In this document: positions 1 to 12,503 of the stretch, piece after piece
How the letters are laid out: each line of letters starts with the position of its first letter
Position numbering within the stretch: position 1 is the first letter of the stretch
Assembly: GCA_000934665.2 (NCBI GenBank)
Contig: JYFJ02004135.1
Span: forward strand, 1 to 34,577
DNA from: Catajapyx aquilonaris
Lineage: Eukaryota
Direction of reading: 5' to 3'
DNA length: 34,577 bases
The notes under the pieces: generated by a model
Told to the model about the DNA's origin: nothing
Database searches by the model: none
Seen by the model: the letters and a program-made list of their open reading frames with translations, nothing else
Translations under genes and position numbers: made by a program

Positions 1-301
1 CCCCCAAATCGAAAGTCTGGATCATCCCCTGCATCATAGTGAAAGAATGGAACCCTGACTTGCAACAATGACTTTCTGTAGCTGTATTGTGTAGTCAACT
101 ACTGTATGTGATTGTCACTGCCAGGCCTGATTGAATTAGAGGTGCCAAGCCAATTGACATTATTAGCTTTATCCTCTGATTTAATAATTAATTAATTATT
201 TCAATTACCAATCTTGAGTGTCCCCCCAACATTAATCAATGTTGTAGTTAGTGCCCACATTGGTAATGAATGTTATTCTATGATATTCTATTCAATTACA
301 G

Positions 302-547
302 CTATCATCAGACAGAACGTCTTTGATGAGAAGGGATGATGACCCTGAAGGAGGCTTGTCTCACAGAACTCAACTACTGCCTGATTGGGTTGATGGTTCA
401 GAGGAATTTCAATATGCTTTATCACGCATTAGAACCAAGATGCGTGAGTTGGATGCTCTTCAAAGGAAGCATGTGCAGCGTCCCACACTGGATGACAGCT
501 CAGCAGAGGAAGAAAAAATAGAAGCTTACACTAATGAAACAACCAAA
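302..547 (+). CDS. STX16: Syntaxin-16, internal coding exon (earlier exon(s) lie upstream of the window)
   Basis: Acceptor ttacag at 300-301, donor gtaggt at 548. Encodes LSSDRTSL...PDWVDGSEEFQYALSRIRTKMRELDALQRKHVQRPTLDDSSAEEEKIE, matching the syntaxin-16 Habc region (PKWVDGVDEIQY...HLNRPTLDDSSEEE). Phase 0. Confidence 0.95.
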
Positions 548-1284
548 GTAGGTTATAGTTCAGCCTTACTTTTAAAACTGTGTTGAAGAATCCAGGGTGT
601 AAATGAATTCAACCAACAAACGTGTAGGCTGCAGGGGTAATAGATGGGACCAAGACAAACATATTTCACATAGGAACCTGTGTCCAGAAACTCCATCTAG
701 AGGGGGTTCATAGACAAGGAACAGGTGTGCTCGGATGCGTCAGGCCCTAGGCGCGCGGACTGTTGAGTTACTAGGTGCCATGTGGATAGTAAACAACGGC
801 ACGGTGCGCAGTAACCTGGCAACGGCAGAGCCACCTCACAACTAAAGCCCGCTTGCCAGGTAGCATGTGGATTGTAAAGAACAACTCTGATCTTGCCATG
901 TTATTACGCATTGCACCGTTGTTTACTATCCGCACGGCACTTAGCCACTCAGCGCACCTAACGCCTGATGCATCTGAGGGCACCCATTGCTCATCTATTA
1001 ACCCCCTTGAGATGGAGTTTCCGGACATGGGTACTATGTGTAATATGTTTGTCTTGTCCCCTCTATTACCCCTACACATTTGTCGGATGAATTGAGGGCT
1101 GTGCGGGAAAAACAAGATAACTGACAAAGGAGTAACTTTTCAGGAGAGAGAATTTAAGTTTGCACTCTTGTCACAAATCAGCATATTACCTCAACTTGTA
1201 ACACTGGGTTTTATTATATTGCCTGACTTTCTGTCTTGTTGTCCATAACTTTTGGAACACTTATTCCTGTAATTAATGGAGATA

Positions 1285-2356
1285 CAGGGTGTAACAAAAG
1301 TTTCCGCCTCAATGACTCATGGGTGACGTAATTGTAGATAAAAAAATCCATATCTCACCAACGGCTCGTGTTAGCCCTGTGCTTCATGTATCATTCGAAT
1401 CGCATTGAAAGGCCGCTCCCGCCAGATCCACTGCGCATCTCCCATAGTCTAGGCAATGCGTAGCATAACAACTATAACTATTTCGGTGCAGCTACTCGGG
1501 AATCATAAAAAACGTTGCGGTGAAGTTTACAGGTTCAAAGAACGATTATATGCAAACTACAGCTTAGAAACCAGTCTAATTAATTGCTAAATTCCCATAA
1601 TTGTGCTAAGATTCATATAATCTCTATCGCTGCGCAAAGATCATATTCCAATATAGCCACCTTGTAGCCAGCGGAAGATGGCTTCATACGATAAAGTCCG
1701 ACAAAGCACTCGAGCATATGATTTTTGTGGTGAATTCCACTGGGTTTGCTTGTGAATATGCCGAAAACCGCATTCCTTTAGGATTGATAGATTCTTTGCA
1801 AAAAATATTAAATTAAAGTGAGTGTCCGTAAATCACGCACACGTCGTCAGGCAGAATGTTAATAATTTTTTAATTAACATAAGGTGTGTATGTATATGAG
1901 TTAAACATGTATTCAGACATGGAAGGATGTATGGTGTGTTAATATATTCAGTATGCATACCATTTGTCTCTCCAAAGACTGAGCTACACCTCTTCTCAAA
2001 CTGTCCACAAGTTTGAATGTACATCTCGTGTGACAGTTGCTAATTCCTTCTCATATTAACTGGTCATGATTTTTTGGCCTGGCTTGCTTACAGACACTGT
2101 CTAACACCTGGCCCACAATTATCAGACATTGAGAATAAAGCACTTGCAAGGAATCTTCATGACAGACAACACTTGCAGTGCAGACCTCTCATGAGCACAA
2201 AAGCAGAGTCAGTGCATGAGGATATGGATGGGAAAATCAGTCACACAGGGGATTATGGGATTAAAATATCAACATAAAAGATGACAGGTAACTTTAAAAA
2301 ACTGAGAATTTCCCGTGTATAATATTGACTGGGCCAGAAACCTTTGTTACACCCTG
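1285..2356. mobile_element. Tc1/mariner-type non-autonomous element nested in the Sola-like element
   Basis: TA-CAGGGTGTAACAAAAGTTTC ... GAAACCTTTGTTACACCCTG-TA. Confidence 0.8.
1324..1858. mobile_element. Truncated inverted copy of the piggyBac-like element at 6357-6918
   Basis: About 450 bp of inverted similarity to 6400-6875 (e.g. ggttcaaagaacgattatatgcaaa / tttgcatataatcgttctttgaacc); ends at TTAA 1859-1862; the other end lacks about 45 bp. Confidence 0.65.
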
Positions 2357-2898
2357 TATTAAATGGAAGAATGCGAAGCGTATAAAAATAGGGTCAGTTA
2401 TCGTGTTTTTCCCTTTGCGGAAGTGCATGATATGTGAACTTTGAGTATACCAAAATGTTTGTCATGTCTTTTACATAGTTGCTAGGTGTTTAGTTCAAAA
2501 ATGACAAAAATGTCAGTTATCATGTTTTTCCCCCACAGCCCTCAATTCATTTACACCCTGTATAAATAATAACTGGCCTTAAAAGAGAGTAACAAAAATT
2601 ATGTAGCGTATCAGGCTGTGTATGGAAGTCAGTGTTTCAGTGTTATGATTTATATTGCTTTTGTGGAATGTTTTCTTGATTACTTCTCTCAACTGAAGCA
2701 GGTTGGCTGCAAGCCCTGTTCAGTTCTCATGCACCCGCACCCTATCAAAACCTAAACATGGAAAGTAACAATGTGCACAAGAACTCATATCAAGTAAATG
2801 ATTCATAAACACCATAAAAATAATAAAATATTGAAAAGTGAGACCAAAACTGCTCCTGTTGGGTTGTGAACACCAGCCATTTTATGTATACTACTATG

Positions 2899-3450
2899 CA
2901 GGGTGTTTCTTATTCTGAGGTCAACCAGCAGTCTGAGTATTCCTTGGGCCACAACAAGTTGAAAACGTAGGGGTGAGAAATGTCGACGGACCAACCGGTA
3001 ACAAGGTAGACGACCAGAAACATTGTCCTATCCCTAGACACATGCAGCATCACACACGATGCCTCTTTGTAGGGAGATCGCCTGGCAGATGGACTCGCAT
3101 GCCTTAGAGAAGTTTTCTAAGGCTATGAGTGCGAAAATCACTTCTGCTAACGAGGCGATCTTACAAAATCCCATCAGTCATGATTATCACGCTCATATCC
3201 CGCTCCCCAGGCAACCCCTGCGCACGAGCTATCTGCCAGCCAATCTCCCTACAAAGAGGTGTCGTGGGTGTTTCCGCATGTGTAGGCCCGATGTTTCTGG
3301 TCGTCTGCCTCGTTACAGGTTGGTCCCTCGACATTTCCTCCTCTCTCTCTTTCCAACCCCCTCCCCACACACACACACACACATTTCAGACTTGGCTTGG
3401 GTCTAGGAATATGCTGACTTCCAGTTGACCTACTAGTAAGAAACACCCTG
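2899..3450. mobile_element. Fold-back Tc1/mariner-type MITE with internal (CA)n
   Basis: TIR CAGGGTGTTTCTTA..GGTCAAC; further inverted blocks 2982-3022/3291-3333 and 3055-3100/3222-3268. Confidence 0.8.
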
Positions 3451-3516
3451 CATTTGTTTTGGTAGTAGTACATGTAAAAGGAGGAGTCAATGTGCAAGTG
3501 GATTATGGTTACAGTA

Positions 3517-3681
3517 CAGTGTTGCACATTAATCGAGTCACACTACTAGCGACATTTTCCGAAGCGGCAGAAGAACGAATCTTGCTCCCATGGCTTGCAC
3601 TATCCATAATATCTTCGATACGTTCTTCTGCCACTTCGGAAAATGTCGCTAGCAGTATGACTCGATTAATGTCCAACACTG
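3517..3681. mobile_element. Palindromic MITE (CAGTGTTG family)
   Basis: TA-flanked, about 65-bp arms CAGTGTTG(C/G)ACATTAATCGAGTCA...GCAGAAGAACG. Confidence 0.85.
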
Positions 3682-3689
3682 TACAAAAA

Positions 3690-3941
3690 TACCACTCGTT
3701 TTATAAGTTAGCTTCACCTGTGTTGATGAAAATCTGGCAGATACTAATTTCCACTTCCCCCTGTGACCCCCCACCTTCAAGTTTTGAGTAGATTTGTACA
3801 TTCCGTTCATAAGCTCATGGAATGGGCTTTTGCAACAACGCAGGTAACCACTGCCAACAGAGGCAACGAAAGTGAGTGGAAATTAGTGGCTGTGAGATTT
3901 TCACTGCTACTGATATGAGCTAACTTGCAAAGTGCCTGGTA
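3690..3941. mobile_element. Degenerate MITE
   Basis: Imperfect inverted blocks aagttagct..gaaaatct..actaatttccact / agtggaaattagt..agattttc..agctaactt. Confidence 0.5.
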
Positions 3942-4049
3942 TATTTATTATTTACTTTAGAAGTGTAATTTTTAAGAGATGCTCAAGAATTCAGAGAAAT
4001 ATGCAAATATGATTAGTGTTGATAAATTGTTACATGCTTGGTGTTGGTA

Positions 4050-5299
4050 CGAGGTAGGCGCCAAAAGTTTCCGTCCTGGCTATGTTCCAGGGGTGATAGA
4101 GATGAAACAACTATAGTGTCAGGTAGTCCCAACCATGAGTTGAGGAATGTACAAGTTTCACCCGGCAACGTCAGTCAGTCTCTTAGAAAAGTCAACTTTA
4201 GTTAGACGAGTTGCAACATGGTGAAAATCGAGTATCGAGAGTGATCAAGTTCCTCACCAAGGAAGGCCTTACTACGATGTCTATTAAACAGGCCTTGGGT
4301 GGTGTGTATGGTGGAGCTTCCTCTTCATATTCCACCATGAAGGAATGGGCTAAGCAGTTTCGTTTGGGCTGAGAGAACATCGAAGGCGGGCTATGCGACT
4401 TTCGGCCCTTGGAGGTGATGACTGCAGAGACCGTCTCTCTTGTGGAGGAGTAGGTGCTGCAAGCAGGCCCTTGGAGGTGGAGGAACTCTTGGGAAGGTTG
4501 TGGCTTTCAGACACCACCATTCCTCTCATTATTCATGAACACCTTCACATGAAAAAGGTCAGCACAAGATGGGTGCCCCAACTTCTGTCCGCAATTAAAA
4601 TGCGTAACATGTTGCGAAACGTTTTCGGACCTTCGCCTTGGCAAACAGAAAGAAGTACTGGAGTTCATCGTCACAGGAGATGAAACTATGGTCCCGTGCT
4701 ATGATCCTCTATCAAAATGAGAATTAATGGAATAGCATAGGGCAGGCGGAAAGCGGCCGAGTGACCCGGTCAACCAAGAAGACCATGGTGACGGTTCTTT
4801 AGAATTCCAAAGGAATCTTACTAATAGACTTCAAGGATTAAACCTCGATTGTCTACGGGGAGTCTTACTCTGGCCTGCTGCACAGGTTTCGTGATGCCAT
4901 GAAGAAGAACAGATGCGGGAAGTTGAGTTGGGGTGTTCTCCAACATCTGGATAATGAACCAGGTTACAGGGCAATGTTTCCAAGACTGCTGTGAGGAACT
5001 GTCGCTTCGAGGAGCTTGATCACCCACCCTACTGGCGCCTAGTGACTATTACATGTTATCCAAACTCAAAAAAGAACTTCAAGGTACGGTTTAAAAGTGA
5101 TGAAGAGGTGTAAGAGGCAGTATATGAGCATTTTGTAGAGAAAACTTTGGACTATTTTTCCAGAGGTATTGAAATGATAATTATGAGATATGAGACGTGC
5201 ATTGATGTAGAAGGATACTATATTGAAAAATGACACTGTCGTTTTATTTCCATCACCCCTGGAACATAGCCATGACGGAAACTTTTGGCGCCTACCTCG
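4050..5299 (+). mobile_element. Full-length decayed mariner transposon (transposase pseudogene, irritans-like)
   Basis: TA TSD both sides; about 59-bp TIR CGAGGTAGGCGCCAAAAGTTTCCGTC; broken ORF with VIKFLTKEG, IIHEHLHMKKVSTRWVPQLLS, IVTGDET, HPPY..APSDY, CIDVEGYYIEK*; many stops and frameshifts. Confidence 0.93.
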
Positions 5300-5453
5300 T
5301 ACAAGTGGCTCTCCTTACATAATGTGCAGCAAACCTGTAGCATTGGTTATTGGAAATGACCTCTACTTACAGGCTAGTCAGCAGATAAAGTCATGTTCAG
5401 ATTATGTGACGATTCCATAGTGATCACACTGAAGTAATGTGTTCTTCTTTCAG

Positions 5454-5616
5454 ATGTTTGGTGTATGCCATCGGTTACTACAGCAAATCAAGAGCCGAAG
5501 TAGGGGTTCCACGGTGCAGGAGGAGAGACTGGGAAGCAACGTTGCTAGTGCTTTAGCTGCCACACTGCAAGATCTCTTCTTTGAATTCCGACGAGGGCAG
5601 AGCACTTATTTGAAAA
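5454..5616 (+). CDS. STX16: Syntaxin-16 coding exon
   Basis: Acceptor ttctttcag, donor A|gtatgg. Encodes MFGVCHRLLQQI...ERLGSNVASALAATLQDLFFEFRRGQSTYLK; phases fit both flanking exons. Confidence 0.95.
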
Positions 5617-6340
5617 GTATGGCAATTCATAGAAGCTAATAGTTAATGGGTTGTTTTTCTCAAGATGTGCCACCCTAACTTGAACCCTATTATCTGGGAC
5701 AGGTTCTCCCTGATTTCTTCCCAAAATGTGCCTGCACCCATGGTGCAAGGGCTAGCTGTAATTTTCAGGGCTAGTCTCACTGATCCAAGTGGCAATGAGG
5801 CCTTAGTAGCAATATACGTAAAAGCAAGGGTGTTCGTAGGAGAAAATATAAGATTTTTTCAGAAAACAGGTGGAACTCGAGACATTTGTGTTCATACTTG
5901 ATATTTCATTGGGGATTCAGGGTAATGTACCCTCTTGCAACAATTAATTTTCTGAGATTTTATACGGACAAAATGCTAGAATTTCCTATTTATTGTGGTC
6001 GTACAACCACACCCCTAAGAGTAGATGCAGTATCTAAAAGCCCCACTGCACACCACATTGTGTTATAGCTACCAGATGGAAATGTTCAATAATCTGGTCA
6101 CCCCTAATTTTATCAGCATGCCTGGGTCATAAGATTGGTGTATTTTTGGAATGCTACAGCACTCTGTCCAGTGAAGTGTAAACAAAGCTTTAGAGAAGTT
6201 CAAGTTGTCAAGTTTCAATGCAGGTATAGCACTCATTGTAAGATTATGACTGATATCAACATTAGCTGCAGAAATGATGGTTAATTGGTCTCTTTAAGAG
6301 AGTCTACAGGCAGTCCTCAGTATATGGTCCTGGAACTGTA

Positions 6341-7068
6341 CAGTGTTGGCCATTAACTATCTCCCTGCCGTGTCCGTCCTCCACGGACAATTCCCAACAA
6401 AAATTGTGGGATTTTTTTTGCAAAAAAAAATTATACTCGTAAATGAATACGTGGTTTTCGGCATATTCACAAGCAAAAAAAGCAGAATTCAACACAAAAA
6501 TCACATGCTCAAGTGCTATGTCGGACTTTTTCGGATGACGTCATCTTCCGGCGGCCATATTGGAAAGAGTTCTATGCGGAGTGATAGAGATTGTACAAAT
6601 TCTAGCTCAATTCTGTGACTTTAGAAATGATTTAGATTGGATTCTAAGCAATATTTTGCATATAATCGTTCTTTGAACCAGTAAATTTCACCACCCGACC
6701 TGCGAGTAGATGCATAGAAATAGCTATAGCAATTATGCTACGCATGGCCTAGACTATGGGAGCTGCACAGTAGATCTGGCGGGAGCAGCGATTCAGTGCG
6801 GTTCGAATGATATACATGGCATGGGGCTAACACATTGCCTAGGTAAGATATTGAATTTTTAAACTGTGATTAAGTCAAGCGGTGTTGCAGTAGCAGCAAC
6901 GCCGCGGTGGTTTGAGAGTTAATCTCATCGTACTGCTAGTTACGTTTTCCAAACCAACAGAAGAACGAATCTTGCTCGCCCGGCTCGCATTATCCATTGC
7001 TTCGATCCGTTCTTCTGCCACTTTGGAAAATGTTGCTATCAGAACGACGCGATCAATGTCCAACACTG
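6341..7068. mobile_element. CAGTGTTG-family MITE split by a piggyBac-like insertion
   Basis: TA-CAGTGTTGGCCATTAA at 6341; remainder 6923-7068 aligns to the intact copy at 3517-3681. Confidence 0.75.
6357..6918. mobile_element. piggyBac-like non-autonomous element
   Basis: TTAA duplicated at 6353-6356 and 6919-6922; degenerate CT.TC termini; second copy at about 1324-1858. Confidence 0.65.
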
Positions 7069-7150
7069 TACAACCTTCATCTGTAACGACTTCACACATT
7101 TTATGATCGTGTACTTGTTGTTCAAAGCATGGCCTTTCATTAAAAGAATT

Positions 7151-7268
7151 GGGTGAAATTTTCGTCCGACTGCTAGTTACTGCTAACTTAGCAGTACCAG
7201 AGAGAGAGTGTGTTCGCATTGGTACTGTTAAGTTAGCAGTAACTAGCAATGGGACGAAAATTCCACCC
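7151..7268. mobile_element. Small hairpin MITE
   Basis: 49-bp arms gggtgaaattttcgtcc...cagtacca / tggtactg...ggacgaaaattccaccc with 20-nt spacer; symmetric TTAA 7 nt outside each arm. Confidence 0.75.
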
Positions 7269-8081
7269 TTTGTCATTAACAGTTATGTGAATTTACACTA
7301 GCAAGACTGCATGCTGCTAAGTTATATCCCAATGGAACCTCTCTGTAACAACACTCAAGGGAATTCAGATTCCTTTCCTTATGTGGTAAACAACTTTAAG
7401 CTTAATTTTGTTATTGCCCATGCAGGGAGAGAATTGCTGGCATAAGAGTCCAAACTTGGGATGTGTGATGGGACTCAAAGCATTTATTACTCTATGAGAA
7501 AAATTCAACTTGCATGCCATGCTCAAGGTTAGTTTATCAAAACAAAGGCAAGTGAAAGTATGACATAGGTTCTCACAGCTTGGGGAAGGAGTAGATCCAG
7601 GAGAACTCAGAATTACACAGGGGCTACTAATAAAGTGATGGTAGAGATATTGTCACATGAATTAGGAAAATGTGTATTTCTGACCATGATATGTTGAATT
7701 GTCAAAAGCCATTGTCATATACGTAAAATCTGTTAGTTACATCATGCTTAAAACGTTTACTTTACTACAGAATCAAATAGTTGAAATCGTGGTAAGGCTT
7801 ATATTGCAGGAAGTCATCTGTATATTTTTAAAAGCCACTGAAATAGCTACGACTGTACCATGGTTTGAATTTGTTCATGAAAATGACCGAATTTCTTACC
7901 AAAAATACAAGGGATAGCATCAGGTGTGGGACTTCAAAATTCATTATTATCTTTTATTATGATAAAAGGTTATTCACAAATCCATAATACTCAAGTGGGT
8001 TTCTGATTGAAATTGCTCGTCACTGTGATTTATTTTCTGCAGCTACTTGGTTGCATATGTGAATCTAACATGCTGTTTACA

Positions 8082-8378
8082 GTAGGGGGGCATGGTGGTC
8101 TAGTGGCTATGCTACTGGCCAGCCAAGTGGGAGGTCCAGGGTTAAAATCCCATACCCATCACCTTTGCTTGGTCGCTTTTTCCGCTTTTCACCCGACATG
8201 TCCGGGCAGAATTGACTTCCCTTCTCTGCCCAGGGCCAAGAGAAAAGGTATGGTATTTAAGAGAGTCAGAAATGACTAGCGCTCCCCTTGGGAACCTCCC
8301 CTTCCCCCCCCCCCCCNCCCCCCCCCAAAGAGGGCCCCTGGCCCTACCACGGAGTATTAAAAACAAAACAAGCAATCA
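8082..8378 (+). mobile_element. tRNA-derived SINE (family A)
   Basis: A box TGGTCTAGTGG, B box-like GGGTTAAAATCCC, A-rich tail; 15-bp TSD AAC(A/G)TGCTGTTTACA at 8067-8081 and 8379-8393. Confidence 0.8.
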
Positions 8379-8458
8379 AACGTGCTGTTTACAACATGTA
8401 GGTTTGCAAAAATTTCAAGATATTTGTGATGATATCTCACGTGTTCTAATTTTTGCAG

Positions 8459-8730
8459 AGTTGCAGTCAAGAGAAGAGCAGTCGCAGCGGTATTTTTCAA
8501 CACCTGATAACCTAGGCGAGAACAGCAGCCAGTCAAGTCGCACCGAAGACTTTCTGTTTGAACAGAGCCACCTTCTGACAGAAGGCTCCATGACACAACA
8601 GCAGCTCCTACTTTTAGAAGAGAACACAGCCATGGTGGCTCAGCGGGAGAGGGAAGTGCAGAACATTGTGCGGTCCATAGTTGAACTCAACCAGCTCTTC
8701 AAAGATGTCATCTACATGGTTAGCGATCAG
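8459..8730 (+). CDS. STX16: Syntaxin-16 coding exon (start of Qa-SNARE motif)
   Basis: Acceptor ttttgcag, donor CAG|gtaaac. Encodes (K)LQSREEQSQRYF...EENTAMVAQREREVQNIVRSIVELNQLFKDVIYMVSDQ. Confidence 0.95.
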
Positions 8731-8986
8731 GTAAACCTACTGGTGCTATCATTTGACTCTGTGCTGATATTTTATGTGAAGTATCCTAAAATGCATGATT
8801 TATAATCTCTCCTGAATGCTGATTTTATAACACCTTACATGTTTTTGACTTGAGAATCACCAAACTCGCTTTTTGTAGATTGGTTCTAGTTTGCCCAATT
8901 GTCATTTCACTTAATACTGATTTGTATGTGCTAAATGACTGGGAAATTCATATTGATTTACATGACATTTTAATGCTGTTTTGCAG

Positions 8987-9169
8987 GGCACTGTACTTGA
9001 CAGGATAGACTACAATGTGGAACAAACACAAGTGAAAGTAGAGGCTGGAGTGCGGCAGTTGCGAAAAGCTGAGGGCCATCAGAGGAGCAGTAGGAAAATG
9101 CTGTGCATTATGATTCTTGCTGGACTCACCCTCCTGTTCCTCTTCATCCTCATTTTCACAAAGTTTTGA
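8987..9169 (+). CDS. STX16: Syntaxin-16 last coding exon (SNARE end plus C-terminal TM anchor)
   Basis: Acceptor ttttgcag. Encodes [13 protein letters not shown]...[24 protein letters not shown]. Downstream poly(A) candidates AATAAA 9428-9433 and ATTAAA 10129-10134. Confidence 0.96.
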   Translation, partial: GTVLDRIDYNVEQTQVKVEAGVRQLRKAEGHQRSSRKMLCIMILAGLTLLFLFILIFTKF

Positions 9170-10622
9170 ATGGAATGTAAATTATACATATGTTTTTAAT
9201 GTGTGAATGAATGGTGTGAAATGCGACATTTCAGGGAAAGGCATCTTCATTTGAAAATGGAATGATACCAGTTATTTCAGGCACCTCTATCAGTTGCACT
9301 GACCCAAGGCAATGTAAGCAGTGAACCATGTTTGGTGTGCAGTTGTTGGAATTGTAAATGTACTAAAGTATTTTTATGGAAGATTGCCTACCTATGAGTA
9401 GGTAAGATGTGTTCCATGTGCTCCTTGAATAAATTGTGATTATTTATTTGTGCCAGAAACAAGTGAGAGCAACAGGTAGTTTGTATTTGTTGGCTTCATA
9501 AACTACTGCTTGACTGGAAAGTTTGTGCTGTCATTTCATTTCAAATGCATGATAAAGCTATGCAGCTGTAGCAGAGGAAGAAAATGAATATCAGGTAAAG
9601 TTACGAACCATTGGAGATAGAATGCTTGCTTGTGCAGCTAGCTTGGTACTCGCAAGTGTGTTTCCTTGACTTTTGTCACACATGGGTTGCCTTTCTTCCC
9701 TGAGAAAATATGCTACTCTCAATTCATCAAAGAGTTTTGCTGGTACTGTAGGAGTAGACAAGACCTGTTGACAAAGTCTGCAAACAAAATTATTCCATTA
9801 TTTATTTATTTTTCGGTCCATCACATTCATGAGAAGTCTCTCTCAGTTGATATCCATAATGTAGGAGGTTTATTTTTGTACCTCATATAAAGGGCAATTT
9901 TGCAATTTCTTTGTAATGAGCGATTATTATTGAGAATGATTTAAGATTATGAACGAGTGCGTAGATCATCTGAACCTTTCTGAGAATGAGGCTTTGCTGG
10001 TGATATTTTTAATTTTAATGTAATATTTTGTCTGGAAAATCTCCCTGTTTGTCATGCTGACATTTCATTGGTGGGATATGTTTTTTTAAGCTTAATCACA
10101 TCGTGATCCTGACACTATGTTTAATAACATTAAAGGGCAGTGGTCTGCGATCAACTTACGAGAGTAAAATGCCAAATAAGTTGCAGGAGTAAATAGGGAT
10201 ACGCGCATGTGCATGACAAATTGGTAATCACATACATTTGAACATAGGCTAATTATGAAGTAGCCTACAGTTCAAGTGCATATGCCGCGGAGAGCAGCGC
10301 TGCCACATTTACCAATATGAGACTACTACTGAAGGTAACATTAACAAAAATGATTATATCACACAGGATAATATATTATGCTAATAGTGAATTCAGTGTG
10401 AAAAAATGTGATAATATGCGAGAACAAGATATTTTAAATACTTGGCTGGCAACAGTGTCACATAATTTAGACTTATTTAATAAAAATATTAGTGTAAAAC
10501 TTTAGCTTGCAATATTTGATGTGGGAATATGCAGATCAAGATAAAAAATATATCATGTGATGATTATGCTCGCGTAGTTTCGCCTGGTGGTCGGCAAGAG
10601 TCATCTGCTAGTCTCGAGAAAG

Positions 10623-10704
10623 ATGGCGGACGAAGAGAGACAGCCGCTTCTCTTCGCAGATCCCCGGCCCAGCATTGACATCGCCCCATCCGGCACTGAT
10701 TCAG
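10623..10704 (+). CDS. PIP4P: PIP4P/TMEM55-family protein, exon 1
   Basis: aagATGGCG start; MADEERQPLL matches the family N-terminal acidic-dileucine motif (ERxPLL); donor G|gtaatt at 10705, phase 1. Confidence 0.88.
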
Positions 10705-12503
10705 GTAATTACAATTATCATCATCTGGTTCACGTCGTCGACACAAATCAGTTAATGAGTCAACTTGTTACGGATTTGCAACATTCACACACCTTGATTG
10801 TTATCAGACATGTATCACCACACCTTATTTAGCGACTATAACATTTGTTAATTATAATTGACACTTAAATTTTATGGCAGCAAAATGTGGTTCGCAATGG
10901 CACAATAAATTTTGAATCAGCGTTTGACTGTCGTTCCGCTGCGAGTACTTCTAGTCCTGACTGCGAAAATAAACACAATTTAATAATGGGTAGAGGGTGC
11001 CAAATTTAATTTTGAGAGCTTTGACCATGGGACTAGTGACCACACTTTTATCGTTCATGTATTTGCATATCCTACTTGATTAGTCATGTCATGTGATAAG
11101 ATTAGTCATTTTCAGTTCAGCTGTTAACTAGTGTAATGTAAGCATGAAGGGAGTTAACATGTTGACCAAATGCATGGGCACATTTGATGACATGACCTTA
11201 AAACAGCTTGAATAGTGACCCTGGAGTTATGAGAAGTGCCCAAGTGTTTGTGATCATGTGACAGCATTTTGCAGCCATGTTGTTTATTGGTTACCTATAG
11301 GCAATGTGGGTTTTTGTAAAATTGGGTCACGTTTGCTTTTGAAAATAGTTCACATGATTATGCTTGAAACTGGTGCCATTTGGTATTGATATTTTACAAG
11401 TCAGGCAAATGAAACTAAGGGTCAGTTGCGTTGAGGCAAATTAAAATCTTGGGTTATGTGTTGTGAATTCTTGTCGGTACGTGAATAGCTGTTTTCTTCA
11501 TAATTTGAGTAGATACAAGTGGGTCTGAGGGTGGATTGTACCAGATTCAGGATTGCTGCATTCCATAAACAACAATGCAACTTGCCTTGAATATCTTAAG
11601 AATCCAGACCCATTGAGTGCGTGGACACAATGCTCCGATAAGAGAATAAACACGAAAACAATGTTGCATGCTTGTAATTCATAGTAAGTGGGAGCTGACC
11701 TCAGAACTAATAATCCTGAATATCCTATTGGAGCGGAGAAGAACTTGACATAAGACAGTGAGAAATGCATGTCCCATCATGTTCCGCAAAAATGAAGCAA
11801 GTCTTGTACAGTATGTTGTAACTGTTAAGATGCTGGGAAAAAATCATCGTAAATAAGGAGTTGTATGTTCCAGATGTCTTAAGAGTGCTCTGCCATTAGT
11901 ATGACAGTATTCTTGCAATGCACTGAACTTTTATATGTATTTGAAGGTAACATCATTGTCAAAGTCAAGGCGAATGTTTGATTCAAGAACAACCACAGCA
12001 AAATCTCGTATGTTTTCAGTTTCATTCAGAAGTGGTTGCCTCATTAATTGCGTTGAATGACCTTCAGTATTTTAACTCTGCAGCAAGTGAGATAAGAGAC
12101 CTTGTTGTCAAGGTCACCATGTGCCTTTACAAGTGCACCAAGTAATTGCCCTATCCCAGTACCTGTCCATGATAAATTCCCATGTCCACTTTATATCAGC
12201 TTCTGTGTTTTGATGCATTGAAAAAAAGGCTGACAGCAAGGAGCAAGTGAATAACTACTACTTATTAGTGGCAAAAAAGAAAGGGGCTCAATTTTTCTAG
12301 TTAGTGTTTAGGCATAATTTTGATGTGATTGTACCGCAGCAATTAATGTTCATGCAGTGTTCATGTCTCAACTAGCTGATTATGTTTTCTCCTCCATGAT
12401 TCGACATGTGGGCTGTACTGAAAATAATGCTGATTTGATCATATCTGCAAGGATAGCTTAGGAGAAATTTTTTTGCTGCCGATTCAAAATGTAACAAAAG
12501 GTA

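Larger units (their letters stand above)
1094..2543. mobile_element. Non-autonomous DNA transposon with GAG...CTC ends and AATT TSD (Sola-like)
   Basis: 33-bp TIR GAGGGCTGTG(C/G)GGGAAAAACA(A/T)GATAACTGACA; AATT duplicated at 1090-1093 and 2544-2547; interrupts the right TIR of the outer MITE. Superfamily is inferred from termini and TSD only. Confidence 0.75.
593..2560. mobile_element. Tc1/mariner-type fold-back MITE, outer layer of a nest (about 510 bp of own sequence)
   Basis: Left TIR CAGGGTGTAAATGAATTC...CCAGAAACTCCATC (about 100 bp) matches the reverse complement of 1011-1093 joined to 2548-2560; TA follows the right end; interior also largely palindromic (771-802 vs 913-944). Confidence 0.8.

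Noticed and set aside
1..31. hAT-like right end (ggatcatcccctg)
   Set aside because: Cut by the window edge; partner end and TSD not visible.
11500..12200. Possible decayed coding remnant in PIP4P intron 1
   Set aside because: Frequent stops in the frames read and no family motif or termini found.
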